64,000 nucleotides of DNA from IMG/VR virus record IMGVR_UViG_3300010224_000001, positions 32,001-96,000 of that record. One strand, 5' to 3'. The DNA comes from a virus. The notes below the pieces were generated by a model, which was given only the letters and a program-made list of their open reading frames with translations, was not told the origin of the DNA and did no database searches. Shown here piece by piece: positions 10,067 through 18,323 of this stretch (the stretch's first letter is position 1; every line of letters begins with the position of its first letter). Both the position numbers and the translations under genes were made by a program.

Positions 10067-12214
10067 CTAGTAATAGTCCATTACTAGTTGACGAAGGTCT
10101 GTGTGATTGATATACACACCAAGAGTTTCAAGGATCAAATAGAACATCGCTGTCGCTTTGTGAATAATCTTGCGAATATTCATTGCCTGCATGATTTCAT
10201 CAGGAATACCTTGTGCTTTAACAATATTTGCCGGGATGAGTAACGTCGAAATATTATTCTTGTTAGTCTTCACCAGCCATTGTCGCATTGCGATTGCCAT
10301 CTCTTGATCTTGCAGCTGATCAAGCCATGCATTCATCTTAGCCTTGGTATCAAGTTCGACCGAAACAGTAATCACTCGATAAGGTGGTGGTAATGTTTGA
10401 CCGTAGCGCTTACCAAACACTTCATTCCAAAGACTATACTGCAAGTAGTTCGTTGCGTCAGCGCCTTGCTTATATGCTTCAGCAACGTTAATACGGCTAA
10501 TCTTCAAGAAGCGGAAATCACCAGTACGAATTGCGTGTTCAATTGATCGCTCAATATCAGCAACCTCTTTGGCTTTTTCCAAAGCACTCACTTTACCTGT
10601 TGTACGAATCTGGGTCATGATGTCCACCATCATGTTCTCAGCTTTCTGCACAATTTCTTTAGGCACGTTAGAGGACTTCAAGTGCACACCTTTAATCTCA
10701 GTCTTAAACTTAGAGTAAAGGTTACCTTCTTGCATGCTAATCTGAGCAAAGTAATGCTTACCCAGCTGTGTCAGAACGAATGCATCGAACTTATACTCGT
10801 TCTTCATCGAGATCTGGAAGCGACGATCTTTCTCAACACCAGCATTAGCTGACATCGTTCCCAACACGTGAATGATGGTTTGCGAAGTCAAGAAGATCAT
10901 CGCAGTCGATACAGCATTTGCCGTATCATTAAACACCACACCACCACAGTACCAATCCACCCACTCTTGGACCGTAAAGATGGTCGAGTCAGTATCAGAT
11001 GCTAACACTACACGTCGAATACTAAACGGCAGCATTGCAATCGATGCAGGAATGTTATCTGTTGCCCAGAAAGTTTGAACAATGTGAACGTAATCATTGA
11101 CGACGTTTGCAATGTTCTTTACGACAGTAGCCAGAATCGCATACTTCTCAGGCGCTTCTTTCTTGATATCATTCATGGTCTTACCCAGCATAAAGCTCGT
11201 GCAAATCTGCATCGCGAGCGAATGATACGCTTCAGGGTAAGTGTGGATCGTTTCATCAGGCGTAGGATCAGGCGTATCCACATACTGAATCAAACGAGTC
11301 ATGAACGTACGAGCAAACTGATCATTGAAGACACGTAAGTGATAGAAGTCACCTGTGTAAACAAAGGCTGCACGTTGCAATGGTTGCAGTCGCTCAACCA
11401 AATGACGCAGCTTGATCATGGACTTCGGATCAGTCCAGTAAAGCTTAGTCGAGTACTCGATGGTCTGCATGGTTTCATCCACAGTGGGATAATGCAGATT
11501 GTACAACGTCATCGTTTTCTCTAACCGCACATAGTCCGTGTGGTTGATAATTGAGATGATATTGTTGCGAGTAATATCAAGTGACCAATAATGTCGGTTA
11601 CCACTTAAGAACCGTTCGTTATTGGTATTACCATACGCTGCGGTTTGACGGCAGTTAGAAGTCAGTGTGCTGTGTGCAGTGCGGTTGTATAATGGGTTGT
11701 GGGCATTAACGTGTGCACCAGAGACAGCGTTGTTGGACAGCTTACGGCCAGTTTGTTCAGAGTGCTTAAACTTGTAGTTAAAACTATTCTTACCTTCTTC
11801 CATCTCAGCTTTGAACATCGCCTTCTTAGCGATCTTACGGCGATCCACGTTCCGCTGCTGGAAACCCACAAGTGGCGACTTCCGTATGTGGGCGCCGAGA
11901 TAGGTGGTAAAGGTTGGTGCAACAATATCTTGATTGACCTGGATTTCACGCAAGTATTCACTAAACGTGGAAACCTCAATACTGCGGTCACCCGTGTCAA
12001 TATGTCGTTCAAGGAAACTAACTTGTGGATCTTTAAATTCAAACTCGCCGCCTGGGCGAATCTTGTTTAAAACAAATTCCTTACAGAATTCTGGTGATTG
12101 TCCAGTCATAATGGATAGATGCGCGACTTGATCATCTAGCCAATGCTTCTGCATGTTGATATCTCGTTTATAGTGATCTTTGCTATAAAAGAAAGGATTA
12201 TCGTAAGCACCCAT
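10067..12214 (-). CDS. Divergent family-B DNA polymerase, catalytic part (phiKZ gp50-like)
   Basis: Motif B KLSNNAVSG, motif C LASDTDSTIF, plus KHY and EIKGVHL. Confidence 0.85.
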   Translation of the reverse strand: MGAYDNPFFYSKDHYKRDINMQKHWLDDQVAHLSIMTGQSPEFCKEFVLNKIRPGGEFEFKDPQVSFLERHIDTGDRSIEVSTFSEYLREIQVNQDIVAPTFTTYLGAHIRKSPLVGFQQRNVDRRKIAKKAMFKAEMEEGKNSFNYKFKHSEQTGRKLSNNAVSGAHVNAHNPLYNRTAHSTLTSNCRQTAAYGNTNNERFLSGNRHYWSLDITRNNIISIINHTDYVRLEKTMTLYNLHYPTVDETMQTIEYSTKLYWTDPKSMIKLRHLVERLQPLQRAAFVYTGDFYHLRVFNDQFARTFMTRLIQYVDTPDPTPDETIHTYPEAYHSLAMQICTSFMLGKTMNDIKKEAPEKYAILATVVKNIANVVNDYVHIVQTFWATDNIPASIAMLPFSIRRVVLASDTDSTIFTVQEWVDWYCGGVVFNDTANAVSTAMIFLTSQTIIHVLGTMSANAGVEKDRRFQISMKNEYKFDAFVLTQLGKHYFAQISMQEGNLYSKFKTEIKGVHLKSSNVPKEIVQKAENMMVDIMTQIRTTGKVSALEKAKEVADIERSIEHAIRTGDFRFLKISRINVAEAYKQGADATNYLQYSLWNEVFGKRYGQTLPPPYRVITVSVELDTKAKMNAWLDQLQDQEMAIAMRQWLVKTNKNNISTLLIPANIVKAQGIPDEIMQAMNIRKIIHKATAMFYLILETLGVYINHTDLRQLVMDYY

Positions 12215-12286
12215 TGTTCACTACTCCTTTTCGGTTCAAACTATAAAGGACAGTGATAAAAAAATCAAAAAAAAAAATGACGTCAT

Positions 12287-12328
12287 AAAAAAACCCGAGA
12301 AGACCACCCCGAAGGGCAGCCCTCTCGG
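12287..12328 (-). terminator. Intrinsic terminator
   Basis: 15-bp stem with G-U pairs and a UUCG loop, then T7 and ATGACG. Confidence 0.8.
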
Positions 12329-12329
12329 A

Positions 12330-12698
12330 AAGTCCAACTTTTGGCGCTCCGCCAAAACAGATAGAGTAACAACCTCAATGCCTAGCAAGTAAACCACCTT
12401 GTACTAGTTTATCAATAGATCAACCCATGATTAGAAAGGAGGAAAGACTCATGAGGATCACACTTCAAGACTAGTTCAATTTCTTTTACTTACGCCGTGT
12501 CTCTGCTGGAAGTCACAGCAACTAGATATTTCAATTGTTACGCTATAGCGTTGATCCCGAAGGACCTCGACCTCAGTTCAACCATCGCGAATCTCCCTGA
12601 AGCTAACCCGGACCACGCCATGTCCGCACTGGCCATTGTATATGGAAGCTGAGTAAAAAAATCTTCAACTACCCGTATTCGGAATGACCGACCGAATT
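12330..12698 (-). ncRNA. Putative structured non-coding RNA or long 3' UTR
   Basis: About 370 nt with no credible long ORF; consecutive hairpins including GGTCC-TTCG-GGATC, TTTTGGCG/CGCCAAAA and a stem exposing TTTCCTCCTTTC. Confidence 0.5.
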
Positions 12699-12700
12699 CT

Positions 12701-13114
12701 TTATACCGTAATTGTAGAGCCAGTTTTAACACGCATGTTAACTGCTTTGAAACCATTTGATGCGAGAGCATTACGGATCGCGAGTTGATCGCTTGCACTT
12801 ACATTTTCAATTTCAAATACAACCGTTGAACGTGTGACAAGTTCGACCGAATCATCAATGACCCATGGTCTGCCAATAACACGAGTTGCGCCAGAGACAG
12901 TGCGCAGCTTTAAGTAGCTATAGGCAGTAGGATCATCTGGAGTCGAAGCAGGAAGACGCGGATACACTTTGATGTGCATCGCACGAGTGTCAATGTAGCT
13001 TCGTGCTGTTTCTTCATCGAGAATTGCCAACACGACCACGTTCTGAAAATCATTGCCTATCTCAGCAACTGGATAGACGTTGAATGAGTAAGTGCTCTGT
13101 AATGCGAAGTCCAT
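12701..13114 (-). CDS. Conserved hypothetical protein (phiKZ gp49-like by synteny)
   Basis: 137 aa with SD GGAG; motifs VYPRLP, YSYLK, IGRPW. Confidence 0.75.
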   Translation of the reverse strand: MDFALQSTYSFNVYPVAEIGNDFQNVVVLAILDEETARSYIDTRAMHIKVYPRLPASTPDDPTAYSYLKLRTVSGATRVIGRPWVIDDSVELVTRSTVVFEIENVSASDQLAIRNALASNGFKAVNMRVKTGSTITV

Positions 13115-13133
13115 GTTCGGACACTCCCTTAAA

Positions 13134-13523
13134 TTAATTTTGGTATTGTTTCAGACAAACGTCGTTACCAATCATAATGTAAGGGAGATAATCCTTGTAT
13201 GTCAAACCACCCAGCGTGCCTGTGTCATCCATTCTCGTCTGGATCTGGACAAGAGCGGCATATGCAGCTTTATGGATGCGTACTTTAAACTCAGCAGGAA
13301 TAGCATCCATTGACGGATAGACCGTAAGAAACCTGAAACGACTTAAGTCAAGTATCTCACGGTCATACATGTCAATTGGGTTATTCACGTTTAAGATCTC
13401 GAATAACTGATGCAGTAATTCTAAAGCATCCCGATGATCTATCTGGACATTAATGGCTTGACTAAATATACTGATCAAGTCCGAAGTCGGGAAAATCACC
13501 TGGGGAGGACTGGACGGAAACAT
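13134..13523 (-). CDS. Hypothetical protein (small-gene array)
   Basis: Probable start MFPSSPPQ at 13523 with SD AGGAG. Confidence 0.7.
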   Translation of the reverse strand: MFPSSPPQVIFPTSDLISIFSQAINVQIDHRDALELLHQLFEILNVNNPIDMYDREILDLSRFRFLTVYPSMDAIPAEFKVRIHKAAYAALVQIQTRMDDTGTLGGLTYKDYLPYIMIGNDVCLKQYQN

Positions 13524-14001
13524 TAAAGTTATCTCCTTGGCGCGCAGTGTATTCCGGTGTAGGGCTAGCTGGACTAAACCATTTCTCCACAAGCTCTACC
13601 GCAACCGTGGTACCGACATAGCACTTGAATTTGTAAGGGAAGAAACCGAGATGGTAAATTGCTTCATTACGGAAACGCTGAATCACTTGTTTACCGAAAC
13701 GCACAGTCACATTGGCTAACTCTAAATGTAACGGTGTATACTGCAATACTTCAACGACTTCACCGTCGACAACTTCACAATGCAACAGACTAGCGATATC
13801 GTTGTATGCCATGGAAGCAAGTTCTAGTTCGGCTTCATTCTCCTGTTGAATAGTTTCGATAACTTGACTGACCATTTTGTTAATGTTCGGCTTAACAGAA
13901 TAGCCAAGGTTGCGCTGATATTGCTGAAGGACATTCTGCCATTCAACATGAAAATTCTGAATCAGATCAGCGATGTCTAAAACAAGGATTTGAGGGAGCA
14001 T
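13462..14001 (-). CDS. Hypothetical protein (small-gene array)
   Basis: Probable start MLPQILVLD at 14001; alternative start 14052. Confidence 0.65.
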   Translation of the reverse strand: MLPQILVLDIADLIQNFHVEWQNVLQQYQRNLGYSVKPNINKMVSQVIETIQQENEAELELASMAYNDIASLLHCEVVDGEVVEVLQYTPLHLELANVTVRFGKQVIQRFRNEAIYHLGFFPYKFKCYVGTTVAVELVEKWFSPASPTPEYTARQGDNFNVSVQSSPGDFPDFGLDQYI

Positions 14002-14017
14002 TTGATCTTGGTAACCG

Positions 14018-14407
14018 TCAAGAAGTTGGAGTGAACGCGAGCGTGTATTCATTTATCATTCTCTTGTAAGAATATTTGGCATAGGGTTGGGAGAACAAAC
14101 CGCTATCCTCCATCAATTGATACATCTCCCAAGCAAAAGCGTGAAGAGCACTATACATTAATGTATTGGCCCACTTCTCTTCCTCGGGAGACACCCATGC
14201 TGGATTTTCGATAAGCCAACCTGGTTCCAGAATATGTAACACTGTCTTATCGATTTCTTGTGGAATGTTTTCACTTGCAAAAGCTGCAAACAACAACGAC
14301 ATCGCTACGTCAATATCGATCGTAGGTAGTTCTGGATGACTTAAGGACTGGCGCAACTTTAAGATCGGTTCCTTAAAGTCAATCAAGTAAACGCGCGGTT
14401 GCGCCAT
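14018..14407 (-). CDS. Hypothetical protein (small-gene array)
   Basis: 129-aa ORF with SD AAGGA; tightly packed with neighbours. Confidence 0.7.
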   Translation of the reverse strand: MAQPRVYLIDFKEPILKLRQSLSHPELPTIDIDVAMSLLFAAFASENIPQEIDKTVLHILEPGWLIENPAWVSPEEEKWANTLMYSALHAFAWEMYQLMEDSGLFSQPYAKYSYKRMINEYTLAFTPTS

Positions 14408-14451
14408 GATTTCTTCATCCTTTCTGAATCATCTTTACAACGACTCTGTGA

Positions 14452-14913
14452 CTAAAACCAGAACAATTGCACATACTTCCTGGCTTGTAAGATCACGGAA
14501 TCACCCATCCATTGCATGTTCTCGATATCGCAAATGTATTTAGAAAACACGTCAACGTGCTCATCTATCATACTGGTAACTTTCTGTGATATCTCGGAAC
14601 AAACCATCTCGATGAGAAACTCATTGGTTAACTCATCGTGCGAATGGAGTGCTAAACGATAATCTTCCGATTGCTCGTATAACTGTAATGTATGGTTAAG
14701 AATTTTCTTTTCCTTACCCATCATGTCTTGCGTGGGATCGGAATCGATATCATCTACTAATAGATGACTGATATACTCGGGATCGGCATACTCGTTTAGG
14801 TATGCCTTGACCAAGCCAGTTACACCTTCAGGATAAAACAGAAAGAGCTTTTCAAACTTCTCGTAATCTTTCAATCCACCTGAAGGCAGTACTAGATAAA
14901 TCGGCGTTGACAT
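14452..14913 (-). CDS. Hypothetical protein (small-gene array)
   Basis: 153-aa ORF with SD GAGG. Confidence 0.7.
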   Translation of the reverse strand: MSTPIYLVLPSGGLKDYEKFEKLFLFYPEGVTGLVKAYLNEYADPEYISHLLVDDIDSDPTQDMMGKEKKILNHTLQLYEQSEDYRLALHSHDELTNEFLIEMVCSEISQKVTSMIDEHVDVFSKYICDIENMQWMGDSVILQARKYVQLFWF

Positions 14914-14924
14914 ACAACTTCCTC

Positions 14925-15347
14925 TTAAACGAAGTTTGTACCTACTGGGAATCTAACAGCTAAGGTATTGGGTGGCATGTATTCATAGTCACAATCCAGA
15001 GCTAACTCGGTATAAGCAAAATTCGGGAAATGTGCTGCGATTGCATCAACAACCAACTTAGGTATCTCAATACTTAAGTGATCAGCGATATTTTTTGTCA
15101 CGCCTTGACTAATCAATAGCTGATGAATCACTTCGGTCTGACTGGCTTCGTGAAAAGCTGCCTTGATATCTTTGATTACCAAAGTCATTAGCTGCGTTGG
15201 ATCGTAATCCGCAAAGATGTTGTAATTGTAGAGCGGACTGATACATCCGCTTTTTAAAAACTCGGCCAGCATTTGCCGTAATGTCAACTTCAATTCTACA
15301 ATCGCTTCATCAATGTTGATATACGCAACTACTGCGTATGGATTCAT
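14925..15347 (-). CDS. Hypothetical protein (small-gene array)
   Basis: 140-aa ORF with ATGA overlap to the upstream gene. Confidence 0.7.
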   Translation of the reverse strand: MNPYAVVAYINIDEAIVELKLTLRQMLAEFLKSGCISPLYNYNIFADYDPTQLMTLVIKDIKAAFHEASQTEVIHQLLISQGVTKNIADHLSIEIPKLVVDAIAAHFPNFAYTELALDCDYEYMPPNTLAVRFPVGTNFV

Positions 15348-16087
15348 TTCCAGGTTCCGTCAGCCATTCGCTTGGTCCAGTCGTAAATACGGAAATCGCC
15401 CTTCTGTTCTAAGTGCAATTCTAAAGGACTAGCGAGAGTGAGATCGTGCATCATGAACTCATTATCTCCCATGAAAGATTTGATGCGCTGGAATACATCC
15501 AAGAACGTATCAAACAAGTCGTTTGAGATCTTCACCAACATCGGATGATTCTTAATGTTGGGCATTTCCTTAGCCTGATCAATGAAGTAAGGCTCAAGGA
15601 TATCTTCGATTTTCAGTTCACCTATTTTGCTATAGGTTAGCTTTGAGTAGACAAAGTTGTGGATGATGTCGTGAACAATCTTGGCTCCATGCAGGGGAAA
15701 GATTGGTTGTAAAGAAGCTCTTACGGTATCGCGATGCGACAATACTAACTTGTTATCATTCATACCGTCCACCACATCCCATGGTGCGCCAATCACATCC
15801 TTCAGGCTACTGATAGGATAGTAGACATAGCGATAGCTTGGGCTAAGCGGCCAGTAATGCATTTGACCAGAGACAGGAGCCAGGTCCTCGATCACTTCTA
15901 ACAAGTATGGTTTACCGGCAGTCAAAACGGGTTCGAGTTTATCCGGCAAATAGATACCTTCAGGATAAGGCGGAAGCCATCCCTGTAAAGCGCTCTCAAT
16001 AAAACTTGCCATCTCTTGCGTACCAATGATGCACAAGCGCTTTGTTTGTACGCTTTCAGTTACATCTTGGTTGGTGCGGTTAATCAA
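15344..16087 (-). CDS. Hypothetical protein (possibly phiKZ gp42-like)
   Basis: 247 aa, TTG start with SD AGGAG; C-terminal GDFRIYDW. Confidence 0.7.
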   Translation of the reverse strand: MINRTNQDVTESVQTKRLCIIGTQEMASFIESALQGWLPPYPEGIYLPDKLEPVLTAGKPYLLEVIEDLAPVSGQMHYWPLSPSYRYVYYPISSLKDVIGAPWDVVDGMNDNKLVLSHRDTVRASLQPIFPLHGAKIVHDIIHNFVYSKLTYSKIGELKIEDILEPYFIDQAKEMPNIKNHPMLVKISNDLFDTFLDVFQRIKSFMGDNEFMMHDLTLASPLELHLEQKGDFRIYDWTKRMADGTWK

Positions 16088-16109
16088 TCTCAGCTCCTAA
16101 TGGGCAACG

Positions 16110-16565
16110 TTAATACCAGGGTTGATTCACGAAGTGAAAGTGCGTACCTGGTTCACATTGAAATTCAATAAAGAGTGAACCACAGCTGCGGCGCACTACA
16201 TATTTTAAAGGTTGTTCAGAAGAAGGTACTGGAACTGGCAAAGCTTTCATTACTAATTCTTCGACTATATCGCCAGTGCCGATGTGATTGTTAAATACTT
16301 CAGCCCATTCAAGATCATAGAAGTCGTCCTTATTAACGATGTCCATGTAGTAGTATTCGCAGAGCCAGCTGCAAATCACCCAATCAATGAATTGATCTTT
16401 TTGGCTTTTTCGACCTTCTTGAAAATTCCTCCAATTCCAAGTCTTGTCCACTTTAGTTCCGTCACCCAACCATGGGTAAAAGTCAACTAAGTCGATTAAG
16501 ATGGAATCAATATATTCAACTATTGCCGAGCAGTTTAGTATCCACACTGCACGTGTTTGGCTCAT
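16110..16565 (-). CDS. Hypothetical protein (small-gene array)
   Basis: 151-aa ORF, first gene after the 16.65-kb terminator. Confidence 0.7.
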   Translation of the reverse strand: MSQTRAVWILNCSAIVEYIDSILIDLVDFYPWLGDGTKVDKTWNWRNFQEGRKSQKDQFIDWVICSWLCEYYYMDIVNKDDFYDLEWAEVFNNHIGTGDIVEELVMKALPVPVPSSEQPLKYVVRRSCGSLFIEFQCEPGTHFHFVNQPWY

Positions 16566-16639
16566 GACACCATCCCTTCATTTTACGCATACGATTATTG
16601 TGTTAAGTTTTTTTGTGCCTAAAAGCTACGAGGCGTCAT

Positions 16640-16695
16640 AAAAAAAGAAGTCACCTACCTTTATTCTCTCACAGCAAGAAGATAAAGGTAGGTGA
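16640..16695 (-). terminator. Intrinsic terminator of the phuZ unit
   Basis: 14-bp perfect stem TCACCTACCTTTAT/ATAAAGGTAGGTGA, then a T-run and ATGACG. Confidence 0.8.
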
Positions 16696-16915
16696 TACAT
16701 TCCAACCATTGGGTTCGACATGTTGATAAGGGTAGTCTCGAGCCTACTGACTTATCTAGTCTCTTCGCCAATGGTTGGGTGTACGTTTCACTATTGCTTA
16801 CTAGTCACTGCCGTAGTTACTAAAGGTCTACACAGCGTAGGCTGGAGTAACGAACCGGCTTACATAACTGTAAGAGAGATTACGGATAGTAATCTATTCA
16901 CCGACGTATCGGCTT
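16696..16915. ncRNA. Putative structured non-coding RNA
   Basis: Five near-contiguous stem-loops, including CCAACCATTGG/CCAATGGTTGG, GTTACT/AGTAAC, CTTACA/TGTAAG, AGATTAC/GTAATCT and CCGA/TCGG. Confidence 0.55.
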
Positions 16916-16936
16916 GATTGAGTATTGTCAAAAAAG

Positions 16937-17173
16937 TTAGCTTACACATTCCCGAAACATGTGCCAACCATGCATCAATAACCTTACCGATGTCTTCTCA
17001 GACTGAGAATATACATCCATCGGGCAAAGATTGGGTATTACGATATCAATGGATGCTGCATCCAATACGAACAGGTCGTATTCGATCGGAGTGCAAACTC
17101 TGTCAAACAGAGCAGAGAGAGCTGCCATTTGACTAGCGAAACTCTCTCTGTATCCAAGACCAATGATGTGCAA
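16937..17173 (-). CDS. Small hypothetical protein downstream of phuZ
   Basis: 78 aa starting 6 nt after the phuZ stop; begins MHIIGLG. Confidence 0.5.
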   Translation of the reverse strand: MHIIGLGYRESFASQMAALSALFDRVCTPIEYDLFVLDAASIDIVIPNLCPMDVYSQSEKTSVRLLMHGWHMFRECVS

Positions 17174-17179
17174 TGGATC

Positions 17180-18205
17180 TTAGAGAACCATACCGTCGTC
17201 GTCACCAGCAGCAACCAGAGCATCCGGCGCGCGGCGCTTGGTAACGATGTTGGCTTCACATTCCTTAGCCTTGGCATCCAGCTCGGCTTTGATCTGCGGG
17301 AAGGAACCTTCGGTGATCACGAAGTAGACCGATTTGCTCATCAGAACATTCGGACCCTGGCCGTTGTCTTCCATATCCGGCAGAATGCCGACTTTATGGT
17401 AATCCGGCGTTTTCTTCAGATAAGAAGTACCACCCGCTGGAACCAGAGTCGCCACACTGATCGGTTGACCCAGCTTGTCGATTTCTTCGCCCACCGATTG
17501 ATCCTTGGATTCACGCACGAAGATCGTGAATGCCGACAGCTGCGGTTCACGGGTCTTGACAACGTTCGTATAGTCGAACAAGTTCTCCAGATCCTTGCCA
17601 TCGATACGATGGTTGCGTGCCGAGAACAACACAGCCAGATATTGGACAGCCGATGCCATCGTTTCGTCGACTTTGGCTTCGGTCATGGTCGGCGAATTCT
17701 GCAGATACAGCATGTTCACCGGCAGACCATACTTCTTGACTTGACCTTCATACGACTGGATAGTGCGCAGCGTATTCTGGATTTCGGCCAGATCGATTGT
17801 ACCGCCCACAGTCAATGCCAGACGCGGAGCGCGGGCAGCCATCAAACGACCCATGATCAGTGGAGCGATCACCGAACCAGTACCGCCACAACCCGAGGAC
17901 AGCGTGATGTTGAAATCCAGCGGTTTGTGCAAATGCATGATCTCAGGTACAGCGGCCTTGATCGGCTCGATGTTTTCGGTGCGCAGCTTACCCGAACCAT
18001 TCAGGCCAGGAATCACGTACTTGTCGAGATTCTCCGCACCAGGAATCGCCATGTTGGCCAGGCTGGTGTCGATTGCCACGATGTCGATGTCGGCCATGAT
18101 GTCGCTGTTGTACACCATCGCGGACAGCTGGGAAGCGATGTTGATCGCCGTGCCGCCGCAAGCGTAAATGCGGATCTTACCTTTTTGTTGAACGATGTTA
18201 TCCAT
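17180..18205 (-). CDS. phuZ: PhuZ phage tubulin (spindle)
   Basis: T1 IYACGGTAINI, IDTS, GSGK, T4 GCGGTGS, T7 IDGKD and the acidic tail DDDGMVL; high-expression codon bias. Confidence 0.95.
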   Translation of the reverse strand: MDNIVQQKGKIRIYACGGTAINIASQLSAMVYNSDIMADIDIVAIDTSLANMAIPGAENLDKYVIPGLNGSGKLRTENIEPIKAAVPEIMHLHKPLDFNITLSSGCGGTGSVIAPLIMGRLMAARAPRLALTVGGTIDLAEIQNTLRTIQSYEGQVKKYGLPVNMLYLQNSPTMTEAKVDETMASAVQYLAVLFSARNHRIDGKDLENLFDYTNVVKTREPQLSAFTIFVRESKDQSVGEEIDKLGQPISVATLVPAGGTSYLKKTPDYHKVGILPDMEDNGQGPNVLMSKSVYFVITEGSFPQIKAELDAKAKECEANIVTKRRAPDALVAAGDDDGMVL

Positions 18206-18276
18206 GGAGCATTCCTTCTATTTGGTTGTTAGAAAAACGATTGGTGTCTCAAGGACACTTTATAATGTTGCTCTGT

Positions 18277-18318
18277 AAAAATACACCCAACCAATGCAAA
18301 GCACACTAGTTGGGTGTA
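18277..18318 (-). terminator. Terminator-like hairpin between the 815-aa gene and phuZ
   Basis: 10-bp stem TACACCCAAC/GTTGGGTGTA followed by T5. Confidence 0.6.
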
Positions 18319-18323
18319 GCTAA

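Noticed and set aside
12450-12461. CATGAGGATCAC matches part of the MS2 operator hairpin
   Set aside because: The 3' half needed for the MS2 stem is missing; a 12-nt match is plausibly chance.
12538-12798. 86-aa minus-strand ORF overlapping the gp49-like gene and the structured region
   Set aside because: Out-of-frame overlap, no clear SD, atypical composition.
17129-18232. 367-aa plus-strand ORF antisense to phuZ
   Set aside because: Antisense shadow of a well-supported gene.
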